From assembly GCF_000143415.4 (NCBI RefSeq), contig NW_003314278.1, positions 2,063,151 to 2,127,150 of the forward strand: DNA of 64,000 nucleotides, read 5' to 3'. Source of the stretch: Selaginella moellendorffii (Eukaryota; Plantae; Lycopodiophyta). A program made the translations under genes and the position numbers. The notes under the pieces are model-generated. The model searched no databases. It was not told the origin of the DNA and saw nothing but the letters and a program-made list of their open reading frames with translations. This document shows positions 50,661 to 63,100 of this stretch, piece after piece (positions within the stretch are counted from its first letter, which is position 1; every line of letters starts with the position of its first letter).

Positions 50661-52729
50661 GGGATGGAGGAGTAAAAAATTTACTCTTGGCGGCATTCTG
50701 TTTGATACTGATGGATCTCTACTTTCTGTAAAACCCAAATGCCAGCGGCTGCCCTAACCCTAACCTAACTTTCATCATAATCGTTCATGTGGATGCAGTA
50801 AATCTTCATTACATTCTGCAAATATTTGTTAGCAATGTACAATTTCTATTCTGTCATAGATTTGATCACGTGATAAAGTCCTTTTGACTTGTAATTTAAT
50901 AATAGAGGTGTGCTCTAATATGACTATGCTGTAATGTGGAAATAATGTCACAGACGCATGTGTTGAATTGATCACAGTACAAAATTATAAATGAGAATTA
51001 TGTGTTTCTTGCAAGTCATAGCATCTTGTCAGAAAATATAAGATTATTAAATTGTAAGGTGTTATTTCCAAAGCAATATATATATAGATAATTTACTATA
51101 GGTGATAGATGGTAGTACAAAGATAGAATATATTTAAATGATTTCAGAAGAATGTGATGATTTCTGTCTTTAATGAAGTACTAAAAATATGTACAATATT
51201 TAATTTATTTAGCAATAGTTAGTTGATGGTAGATCCTAGAATAAAATCATTCCTATCTTTCATATTATGGCATATGCTTGAGGTGATATTTCTTTCCGTT
51301 CTACCAAAAGTTAGTCCATATAATAAATTTAAGCATCTTTTTGAATTCAATGTATACAGACTTTTAATATTGTACAACATAGTCCTTTATACTTCATACA
51401 AAATTTATTATAACAACATTATTCAATATTAGATCCTAGAATAAAATCACCTTTTCTTTTCAAATAATAGCATAGCATATGTTTGAGGTGACATTTCTTT
51501 ATAAAAGTTCAAAATTTCAAAACCTAAAGGCAACAAAATGGAGAGTTTAGTTTTGCATTACCAAGATCACCTACCACTTTCTTTTTCCCTAAAGTTTTAT
51601 TTTAGAAAGTTTTCTTTACCGACGTTTTAATCTTTCTCTCGGTTATATTTCATTGGAGGCTATGATTCGCAACAACATTGGTATAGTTGAACAATCGGAG
51701 TTTCTTCTTTCGAGTGTAAGTGAAGGTGGACAACATTGGGATTTGTAACATTTCAAGTCGAAGGAGATTCGAGTTTTTGGATCTCCAATCAAAATGCGAG
51801 ACTACAATCCTACCAAAGTGAATGTGAAGCAAGAGTCAGTCGTCATCATTTCTTCCTCTTTTAGTTCTAGTGGAGATGTTAGTCTAGTGCGAGCCAAGAA
51901 TTTTAAAACTCCAACTTCACTGATATTCAAAGTTGTTTGCAACGCTTTCCAGTTTTCCCGCCTCTCTATCGATGTGCTTTCCTTTCTACATAGGCCTGTA
52001 AGCGAGCTCCCATTTACATACAATAGAAATATCTTCTTTGAACTACCACCTCTTATTAGCTCAAAACGAAAGGGGATGGAGATAAAGCAAAACGTTCACA
52101 ACTGATGCAAGATCAAGACCACACATTTCCAGCATTTCGAAAGCACAGTGTCCATGGTTCATTATAGTGGGTATTTGGATTGTGTGAATAAAGCATGCAA
52201 TTGAGAGCACGGTAAAAACTCCACATATTTTGAAGGATCTGCAACCAATCTTCCCATCTATGACACCATTGGTATTGGATTCAAGTGAAGCTCTATTTCA
52301 TTAAAGTGGGAATTGTCATTATCCCACTTGTAAAATAAGGTTTCCAAACCTTTATATAGTATATAAATATAACAAAATTCAACTGCATTGAGGCACATGC
52401 CATTTTATTTTAAACAAGGAAATGTCTACTCAATCACTTCTCCTCCCCCTGCCACTGCTTCACCTCTCTCTTCTCCTTGTCATCGTCGTCCAATTTCTTT
52501 CCATCCTTTTAATATTGGCTCAGTTGCTCCGAGTCTAGGTGGAGCCCAAGTCCCCATTCAATCTTTACTTTCCCCTTATTAATAAAACAACTTCGTAGAC
52601 TTCCAATAACATGCTGTAACACTTCTAGTATAATGCAAATCCTCTCAAAGAATTATCTTTTAATATTAATACAATGGCATGGAACCCCATGCCATAATAA
52701 GTTACATTTTTAAATAAATACATGCCATC

Positions 52730-54690
52730 TCAGACTGTTATTTTTTGCCTCCAATGCCTATACAATAATCTTGGAATTTCATCACTCTCCACACTATCAG
52801 GATTTAAACCCAATAGTAATGCCATCTCTTCTCTAATACGTCCACGCTCATGTTCAGTGGTCGAAGAACCCATTCGGTTGAGCAGATTATGGAGATGCGG
52901 ATAGTGCTTGGCTAAACAATATACATGCCATAAATGATGACTGGTGTCTGTCCGATCAAATGGCTTCTGATATACCGTTCCATCTGCCATTTGGTTGATT
53001 TCTGCAGCCACCTCCTGGACTGGCCGGTTCTCTATCACCATCGCTCCAAGCCATTTTGCAAAGTCCCCCAGAACATACGGTTTCTTCTCCCTAGTTCCCA
53101 TACTGCAAGAGATGGGGTACACTGCATATGTGTGCGTGTTCGCTACAGTTTTAATCGGCGAGTCATTGATGATGAGGATTTCACTTGACCTAGCAGTCCG
53201 GTTCATCACTACAGCCTCTGGCTTGATGAAGATGGGCTTGCTACCCCTCACATGGACCATAGTCAAGCAATCCTCCTGCATTAGGAGAAAGTCAAATGGT
53301 AATATTACTCGCGTCTGATCGTGCATCATATGTAGCAACGTTAATGCATTGTGGCGCATCATGGATGTCCAAACTCCCAATTGCAAATTGAACCCGGCCC
53401 TCTGTTTTAAGTGTCGCATGGTCATTATTAGATCCCATAGTTTTTCCCGTGTGATTAATGTGAATCTGTCTCTTTTGACCAACTTGCGACCGCAGGCTTT
53501 GGAGGGTGCAGTGACATTTGAGGACAAGCCACGCTCATGGGAGAAAAGGACACCGTTCAGATCAAAAACGATACAGTAACTTCGCCGTGACTCTGAAATG
53601 AAATGCGTCAACATAAAAAATGGTACAAGTCAATTTTACCATCTACAATAGTAATAGTAACAAGTACTATTATCTGCGACGATTTTTGCTGCCTCTTCTT
53701 GCTCTTTCTCCTCTTTGCGGCTCTTCTTTTTGGTGGGTGTAGTGTTTGAAACCGAGGCAATGGCATCACCGAGTAGCTTCTTTTTTGGAGCAGGAGAGTC
53801 AGACGTCGGCTTGAGCTTGACCACCCTTTTCTGCTTTGGGGTAGTTTCCAGATCGTCCCCTTCGCTTCGCAAACTGGAGGCACTCTCAACGGCTCAATGT
53901 TGGAATATAGTTTTTGAACATTGCCGTAGGTGAGGTCCGTGGATTCCATGTGATCTTCATAGACCCGCAGCGTCTTTGAAATTGTGGGCCTCCTGGACAA
54001 CCTCTCCCTAGCTCCCTCTAGGAATTCCTCATAGCCGCTGCCCCCCTCTAGGAAGCCGCTAGGATGTGCAAGGTGGATCTTGAAGGCGGACGCTGTCTCT
54101 ACCACAAGTGCCAGTCCATATTCTTGCATGGAATTGCATGGAGTGTCTGTCACTTGGATGAGGATCCCCATGCATTCTTTTCTCCCACCATTTGTGTTGT
54201 ACAGCCTCAGATCCTCGCCTTCCATCCCAAAAGTCCAACTGGTGAGCTCCTCCCCCTTCCCTGCATCCACATTGATAGTGGCTGGAAGAAGAACGCAATT
54301 CCTCGCCTGTTCAGAAATGCACAACAATTAGAGCTGACAGATGAAAAGCTAGCAGCTGGAAATAACGTGAGGCCACATGCCATTCACCATTGCATCAGAT
54401 GTCTTGAGGCTGCATCCTAAGATGGCGTGAGGCTATACGCCATCTGTAACCGGACTGCACTCGAGAGCCCAATCAGTGCATGCCAATGTTGCTACTGAAT
54501 GGCATGTGGCCTCATGCTATTTTCTATTTGGCCTAAAAGACTTACCATTTGAAGCCGAATGGAGGCATGACAATCGAGGCCAGACTCGCTGGCGAATGTG
54601 CACTGTGTGTGCAGCGGATTGTAGCAGCAAGGCTACTCTGCCACTTACAGTTGGAGAGTGGCGCTGAAATCTCCTGGGACGCCAAGTGGG
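52730..54690 (-). pseudogene. Intron-containing gene: unknown N-terminal domain, Lys-rich linker, FCP1/NIF-like HAD phosphatase domain (DLNG subtype)
   Basis: CIVFDLNGVL, LGVWTSMMRHNA, QEDC, KPIFIK, ILIINDSPIK; 75-nt phase-1 intron at 53593-53667; acceptor near 54308; one frameshift near 53890. 5' end uncertain. Confidence 0.75.
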
Positions 54691-55817
54691 CTGCGTGTGG
54701 GTGGCAGAGTGGGCGGCGAAGTTGGCGGCGAAGTTACAAACTGGGTGTGTCTTGAAGTGGATGCCGATGCACACGAGCGCAATGCGAGCGCGAGTGTGAT
54801 GCAAGCGCGAGTGGACGCCGATGCACACGAGAAACCTGTAGAGAAGGTAGATGAGCGTGAATGTGAGCGTGATCGCGAGTGGGAGCGCGATGCGAGCGCG
54901 AGTGTGCGAGCGCGAGTACGAAGCAAAATGCAAAACCTAACCTCACACGCGCGAAATGTCACGACGGTTGGTAATCTTGCCACGTCATCATTCCTCGAAC
55001 TTGGGCGCCACCATTAATTTCTGGATCGCCGCGCGCATGCGTGAAATCCAAATGAAATCCGCAACGTCATCATTCCTCGGACTGCATGCACGCGAAATCC
55101 AAAAGAAAGATCATGATTGGGATATCATTTAATACCCTCTCTATATTTATACCATGCATGATTGGATATTCCAAAGCATCTTGTATTTCCAAAAATGCCA
55201 GATGTTCAGCTAAATAAATTGTCAGAGGATTTGATGTGACGTTCAAGCGTGTGGGCTCATGCAATTTTGATCCCAAAAAATGCACCAAAAAATGCTCGGC
55301 GTCATTTGGCGTTATCTCTTGAATGGCGTGGGGCCGCATGCCATTTTCAGGGGCACATAGGAGTATATTCCTAGAATATTCTGACACGTGCGAGATTTTT
55401 TTGAGTTTTCTACAGATCCAACCGTTAGATCGCAACTAAATTTTACAGAATGGTATACAATGTCCTTCTTGATGACCCTGCAAAGAAGCATCTCGATCGG
55501 ATACCACATAAGACCACACAAGCCTTACAATGTTTTAGGGGCATTTGCCATAGATCCGACCGTTATTTTGCTCCAAGATTTTACAGTTTGGTGTGCATTG
55601 ACCTTTCTATTGACACTGCAAAGGGACATCACAATCAGATGCGGGATCACATGAAACTAACTTCACTAACTCTGGTTTCACCAAGATCTACGTAAGGAGT
55701 TATGAAATGAAAAGACCCTCTCTATTGAAATGTGTTTATGGTCCTAGGGGCATTGTGACATATCAAAGGATTTTGCATCAAGTTCTGTATTTGCATGTTT
55801 ATCAAGCTACTGAATTG

Positions 55818-55843
55818 CTAAACCCTAAACCCTAAACCCTAAA
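55818..55843 (+). repeat. Three plant telomere-type units (telo-box cluster)
   Basis: ctaaaccctaaaccctaaaccctaaa. Confidence 0.85.
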
Positions 55844-56664
55844 TATATGGCAAATGCTGCGTGAAGAAAGATGCCCTTTCTGGGCAAATGCTGTAAGAGG
55901 CAGATGCCGAGTAGATGTATCTCAGGCTAGTGAAGGGGACAAACGAAAGCTAGCTATAAACATGACGAGATGCAAATAGATTACTAGGCTGGTCCTGCGA
56001 AAATCAAAAACCATAATTGAAAACATTGAAAATGCAAAAAGAAAGGTTTATAATATTTTTGAATTTTAAGCAACCAAAGGAATGTAAGTAGGGCATGTGT
56101 TTGTAAGTTTAAAAATGCCTCAACCACTTAAATTCCCAAGTAAATAAAGCTGTTTCTATTTTTGGTACAGGTAAACTTTATAGCGTGTGGGCTCATGCAA
56201 TTTTGAACCCAAAAATGCACCAAAAAATGCTCGACTAGCATTATTCTTTGAATGGCGTGTGGCCTTATATTGCCATAAATGGATGTACACACACAGCATA
56301 ATTATTCCTTTACACGGCGAATAATCTTGGCGCGGATCGCTGACACGGCATGGCAAAGTTCGAATCACTGACATGGCACAGCTGGATCAAGGCAAGGACA
56401 TGATGTGACAAAGTTCAACCTCCGACAGCAAAGTCTAGAAGCTACTCAGTTTGAAATTTGTCAGAGGAATCATAAGATCTGGTTTGTCAGAGGATTTGAT
56501 GTGACGTTCAAGCGTGTGTTATTTTTGAATTCTCGAACTCATTCCTAGGTCTATCATTTTTGTGCGCCGTGTTCTTGGTTCCGCTGAGCGCAATGAGCGC
56601 TGCTTGTGTAAACGGCGTTGTGAGCTGTGGTTTATGCGTCTACGAGCGGTTGCAACATGGCATT

Positions 56665-56807
56665 GTTGAGTGGCATGGATGCCATTCTCGGGGCTAGCAA
56701 GTCCCAAGTCCTGGATTGGACTTATGGAGGTTGTGAATGAGACTCCTCCAAGTGGTCAGAGGTGTGGTTAAGTGACTAAAGTAGAATGGAAAATCTAGTC
56801 GCTTACA
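56665..56807 (+). mobile_element. 3'-terminal 143 bp of a family-A LTR
   Basis: Almost identical to 4661-4803; ends cttACA. Confidence 0.95.
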
Positions 56808-58610
56808 CCTCTATGTCGTAAAAAAAAGGTACTAGAGAAATTCCTTAATAATATGAATGTTATTTAGTTTCATGAAAATACATTAAGGGTCAAATGAGTT
56901 AAATGACTTCTCCAGACTAGCAATGCCTCTTGCTACACCTTCACAATTAGATTTGTCCCAGATATGTCCCTGGACAAAAAACATATAATTTCACATCATT
57001 TTCAAATACTTGAAAATTTGTACCTAATCCCATTTTACTGAATAAATCCCACTTTAACGAAATAGAGCTTAGTGTTGGTTTTGCAAGAATGCTCCATTGT
57101 GTAGTGCCATTTGTAGGGCTAAGATGTACTATTTTCTTCCACGGGATAGAGAGGCTAGTAGAGTTGCAATACATATTGGCACGCATACACATCCAATGCA
57201 GGAAGGGATATAAAGGAGTTCAATCAATTATTTCAAAAATGCAGTGCAGATAGAGACTGTGAGAAACTCATTTATAATTCCAAAGCATGTTCAAAAAATA
57301 GTGCTTAAGGATTTTATCGCAAGCACTTTACTTGATCTAGACTGCAAGAATACTCAACTGGATGAGGCTAGCTTGCAGGAGTTACTACTACACGTGCAAC
57401 CTGCAACTAGCCTTAGGAGTTATGAAAATATTGTTACATACTTTTCAATAATATCTCTCTTATATTTTGTTTTATTTAGGATAAAGTTTTGAATCTGTGA
57501 ATCTCGAGAGTGGAAACTCCAATAAAAAATTAACTCAATCCTTGAACTAAATCAGACTTGTCCCTACGAGTTTATCCATGGGAGTTTATTTCCAGATCAA
57601 GTCGTTAATGAGCAAGAGTGTTCCTTTGTTTTCAAAATGTCTACCATAAGCCTTGCCTTTAGTGTGGATCTTGTTTCCTGAATGGATATATTTGGGTCAA
57701 ATGACCTTGCTAATGCATAGGTACATTTTGACCATATGGAGCGGGTGGTGGGTTGGACAACCATGGGAGCTTATGTGTATGATCTGAGGTAGTTTTTTTT
57801 TTCTCATTATCTTAAAATGGTATTAAGCATTGCCCTTTTCACAGGCTACGTTGTAACATGACAATTGCAATAGCAGAGTTTAAAGTACAAGACCAGATGG
57901 CTCAGGAAATATTTTGGAAGTCCCTCTCCAACATTGTATTGAAGTGGACTGGTAAGCCTACCAACTTTCACGGTTTCATGGCAGATGGGGCTGAGGCTAA
58001 TTGGAATGGTGTCCGGGTAGTCTTTGGGAATGGTCAACCTCTAGAGGTCGTGAGAAGACTTGTGAGTTCTATTGGGCTCAAAGCCTAAACCAACATTGCC
58101 ACCTTATCAAGCCAGATTTCCAATTAGCATTTAAGGAGTTGTGCAAACAATAGTAGGTTGCACCTTTTAAAGAAGAGCATGAGGCAAAAACAAATGAGAT
58201 CCGATATGGTGGCGTGAAGATGGCCATATTGACACAAGTTGTCTACCACAACTTGAGTCGTGGTTAGGGTGGTGGGAAGTTAAAATGTTCCAATGGGGAC
58301 ATCATTCTTTTTAGGTTGGTTTTTCTTTTTTTCCTCTCTTTTTATTGCTTTTTAATATTATCTTTTTGTAAGGATCAACCACTTGAGGATCTTGTATACA
58401 CCCTAATTGTGAATCTCTCAGAGAGAAAACATTGGAGTTGGCGTTCCTCTGAGGTAGAGAAAGGGAAGATGAGTTTATATGAAGCATGTCTATCAGATTT
58501 GATACGTGCTGTAGAGCAGTTTTCAAAAGCCTTGGCATTTGAGGAAGGAAGATACATAGGAATAGGACCTTCGGTTGAGATGTTGCATGATTGGATGAAA
58601 AAGAAAGTGA

Positions 58611-59644
58611 CCTACCCACTATCCCTACTATACATTTGGAACCCCCCAAACCCCCCCCCCCCCCCCCCCTTGAGGAACAAACGCTTTGGGCTTTCACCCT
58701 AAGCCTCCCTTAGTATCAGGAGTTAGTCTCTGGGACAAGCTCGAAACTTACTAAATATAGAATGTCCTTAGATTGCGAATTTGGATACGGGATGAACACC
58801 ATTGTGTTCAGGCCAATCTCTATATACCGTAGATAGATATTGAGGGACTAATCTCAATACGCGAGGGTTCTTGTCAAGCCAGTGCAAGACAGAGCAAAAG
58901 AGAACTAAGAGCCAGGCCAAGTATGCTCAGCTAGAAACACATAGGAGTTCCTACCTTATGTCCATCTGGCTAAGTACAGGTGGTAAGCCCAGTAAACTAA
59001 CACTTGAACAAGAGGGGCTGCTAAAGGGAACCAGCAATACCGACCTCCTGCCATCGTGGCAGTAAGGTAAGAGTGTCCATAAGGACTAGTCGACAGGTAA
59101 CTTTCGATACCCGAAGTCACATGCGTGACACTCTCCCCCCCTTGGGAAGATCGACGTCCTCGTCGATGCATACTCTAGTCTAGAATACTACCAAGGAAAG
59201 AACCCCAGAAAAAGTTCACGGAATTCACACTATGTGAGAAATGCACCAACTTAAATGAGTTAGGGAGCAACCTCTGTGTCTAACGCGGATGCACTACCAG
59301 CTCAGACACCTTCCGGCCATCACCGACAAGGAAATGACCAACGGAGTCAGCCACCCTTGCTGCTCTGGGAGTCACCCAACTTACAAAAGTGTGATATGCC
59401 CTTGCCTGTAGGAATATAGAGAGAGAAGCTAAAGGCCCCAGCAAAGAAACCAAACCTGTCGGTAAGGTTTAGATAGACTTCTGTAAACAGGCAGTTAGAG
59501 TTGTTTACATGGTCACGCCCTTTCAACGAAAAAGGAACATCGACAGAGAGGCGGGTTATGTGACCAATCGACAATAGCTACCCCATGACTAGAGATTTCA
59601 GCATGCACACGAAGTGCCGAAGCCAGTCTGCCTATACTGGCCCA
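58611..59644 (-). mobile_element. Family-C fragment: 3' internal region, PPT 59131-59141, truncated 3' LTR starting at 59130
   Basis: Reverse-complement homolog of 8414-9450. Confidence 0.85.
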
Positions 59645-60150
59645 AACTCAAAGATCAATATATGGACAATATCAAAGTCATAGACAATGATATCTTAGAG
59701 ACTTAATTATCAGAGACTATATCTTAGAGTAGAACACAAAAGTATTTCAAGTAAGTTATCATCCGATAAACTTATAGTTGATTATAGGAACCACCAAGAT
59801 CACTAACTTTGGAAAACATAGGATTCACTATCCAACAAAATTCAATAGCAAGTATATCATCAAGGAAACTCAATGATGAAACTTAACTACCGAAGATGGT
59901 AGACAATATGCCAAACAACTTACTAAAGATAACTCAAAGAACACAAAGTATCCTTAACCAACAAGCACAATGCTTGCGAATGTATCACTCGAAGGAAATA
60001 ACATCCTAATCTATCACTACTAACTCAAGCAACAATCAACAAAACAGAATGAATGTGGTAAGACCAACAAACACTTAGTCATGCCAACCATCGCATAAGG
60101 TAATTTGAATAAATCCCGGTCAATAATACCAAAGAATCAGAATTGCTTAA

Positions 60151-63100
60151 AAGCTCTATTTCGTTAAAGTGGGATTTATTCAGTAAAATGGGACTAGGTA
60201 AAAAATTTTCAAGTATTTGAAAATGACGTGAAATTATATGTTTTTTGTCCAGGGGCTAGACATATCTGGGGCATGGTGACTAGCGCGGTGACTTTGTGTC
60301 CAGACTGAGTCCATCTGGTTGTATAAAAAATCTCATTGTCAAGGTGAACAAGCCGAATCTGAAGCTAAAGAAGAGCGATGGCATGCGCGCACACACTATT
60401 TGTTTGTTCATTGAGCGTGTGGTGAGCTTTCCAAGATGAACGTCATTCCTATTAGCCAGACATATAACTTAATGGTGAGAACATTTAGATATTATTCAAT
60501 GTTATCTTTTTCTAACGAATCTAATTGTGAAGGTGTAGCAAGAGGCATTGCTAGTCTGGAGAAGTCATTTAACTCATTTGACCCTTAGTGTATTTTCATG
60601 AAACTAAATAACATTCATATTATTAAGGAATTTCTCTAGTACCTTTTTTTTACGACATAGAGGCTTGCATTTCTTTCAAAGGTGATTTAGTAAAAGGCCT
60701 GAGGGCACATGCCATTCTATTTCTCAGACCGGTATTAAGATATACTAGTGCAAAGGGCCACATGCCATCACGCCTCCTCTGATTCAGATTCGGATTGTTC
60801 ACCTTGAAATAAAATACATTAGAAACTTAGTAAAGGAATATTAATGAATCTCACCTTGAACCCGGGTTATGAATGCTCTTGCTGCATCTCTTGCATGGTC
60901 TGGCAAGGTGATGGTGGCACTCTGCTTCCGCATCCAACCATGCACAACATTATCCACCGATATGCTCATGCTGGGATCCCTTGGATTCAGCACCCATCTC
61001 TTTTCTAGGCAATCCTTCGTATATCCGGAACTTGGCTTGAACCACTCCACAGTTACATTGAAGGAGTTAGTTTCCGCGTCCTCCTCTGCATCAGTGATGC
61101 AGCGCCCCACCCATATCATTTGTTTTTTATTACTGGGTCTGACAAGCACGACCATTCCTTTGCAGACCTGTACTGGATTGAATGCTGAATCCGGCTTCTT
61201 GTTCCTCGGCCCACAATAGTGATCCTCAACATCGTTATCTGTCACTGCATTTCCAGAGGACATTGTTCCGCTACTATCTGGTGCTCTGGGTTCTGGCCAA
61301 AAGGACTCTTCCAATTCTTCATATACAACCGGCCCATTTTGGATAGTAGATATAATCTTCTCCCAGTATTCGAGCAAAGGCTTGCACCTCTTAAAATAGG
61401 ATTCTCCACCAAACACCAACCCCCTCTTCCAGAAGGCAATATGCTGTCTAATCCCGGCCACTATACTTTCCTGGTCTTTGAGTCCATCCGGGTGCATCGG
61501 CCGTGGGGAACCCTGAGGAATCATAGGTTCCCCAATTATGGGATCTCTCTTGAAGAGTTCAATGCCATCCACTGGCAGCCACACTGTGTCCCATTCTCTC
61601 ATCTTGTACCTCATCACTGGAGCACCGTCACGCATGCTGAAATGAAACTGAAGAGGCTTGGAGTGGCCAATCAGCGTTTCGGATCCGTCCCTGATGTAGC
61701 CTCTTACAAACCCCTTAAAGTCTGGAACCTCTGTCACAAGTGCAGCTTCAACAGTGCCTTTGATGCAATTTTGGAATTCATCGTAGAGTTGTGGGAGGGT
61801 GAGGACATTGGATCGCCGGAGGGACTCTGCCAGGTGACTGAACATGGCATCGACGTCTTCATGAGTGTGCCCAACCATGAGAAAGCCAAGTGTAACCGTT
61901 TCAAATATGCCTTTGGCAACAAGCATCGCCAAGTACGCGAAGACGTACATGTTTTTGTTCTCACTGCCAGCATTGTCTGTTTGGAGCAGAAGATGGGGTG
62001 GAAGGCCACATCGGCCGCAAGAACTTCCTTGAGATTCTGCTTCGTTTGGATGAGGCTGTGCATTCACCGGGCGACCAGCCTCGTCGTAATGGCATGAGGC
62101 CTCACGTGATAACCCTACAATCTGACGGCCAACATATTCACTAGGATGGCATGGGGCCCCACGCGATACTGCAAGCCTTTGCTCCTCCTCCAGCTGAACC
62201 CTGTATGGGGTTCGATCGACAAGGGCCTTATGCAAGGGTTGGCCGTTCAGCTCAGTCTGCGCACTTTGCAGAGACCTTAAGTGTTTTGCTAAGGACGCAA
62301 TCATCATGTTTGCACCCCCGCCACCCCATAGAGGCACAAAGAAGTTCCCATAGTTCTGGGCACCATGCCCATGAGCGATTATGCCAAACAGAGACACAGG
62401 CAGCTGCATGGATGAAGAGATTGCCTTGGGGGCAGGATTGAGTCGAGGTAAGCACGTCTTTTTCTGATCCATTTTGTCATGGATGATGCAGAGGTAAGAG
62501 TCAGGTCTCTCCATGGAGAGAATCCTGTTATGATAATATGCAGTCCTGCAGCTTCTCTGCTCGATGTTGTGGTCGAGCCGCCTTCTAACCAACGTCTCTC
62601 GCTCTTGAGCGCTGCAAGAATTCTTCGACAAAGCCATTTTGATAGCAGTGCACTCGTCACACTTTGAAAAGCTGGAGTACTTTCCTATACTCACATCCCT
62701 GAACCTGTTGCTCCACAATCTACTAAATCTAGATTGGCTCAGCTTCCTGTAGCCATTACTCTGGAGTTCCCGATTCACATCTTCCAATATGGCCCCCTTG
62801 GTATACATGGAAGGGAGAACTCGTTGGGTGTCTCGTGTTCCATCTTCCAAGAGGCGGGTTTTATGTGGTTGCTGCTCGCTACATGTCTCGACAAACCCCT
62901 TGAAGATTGCCTCTCCATATACAACATGACCCCTGGTTTTGTGCGTACCGTCGTTCCCATGGACTGCCTGTTGAACCCTTTGTTCCTCGAACTCAGTTTT
63001 GATTCTGTAGAATGTGGTTCGAGGGACTCCATAAATGATTCTCCATGCCTTCATGCAGACCAAACCCCTCTGGAAGACCATGCCCCCCACCTGATGTTCT

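Larger units (their letters stand above)
52288..57070. mobile_element. Non-autonomous Sola-like TIR transposon (transposase deleted), carrying an FCP1-like gene
   Basis: TIRs aagctctatttcattaaagtggga (52288) and tcccactttaacgaaatagagctt (ending 57070); 4-bp TSD AGTG (52284-52287, 57071-57074); excision restores the host reading frame; 56808-57070 matches 60151-60663. Confidence 0.92.
51794..58610 (+). pseudogene. Mutator-like (MULE) transposase with N-terminal Cys/His domain, split by the 52288-57070 insertion and truncated by an LTR at 58611
   Basis: IFFELPP..GYLDCVNKAC..FKC|WFCKNAPLCSAICRAKMYY..IHIGTHTHP; FVFKMS..FDHMERVVGWTTMGAYVYD; FHGFMADGAEANWNGVRVVFG..FYWAQSL. Many stops. Confidence 0.75.

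Noticed and set aside
49360-50757. Val/Met-rich and Ala/Gly/Pro-rich ORFs
   Set aside because: Antisense of the polyproline tract and translations of the GC-rich array.
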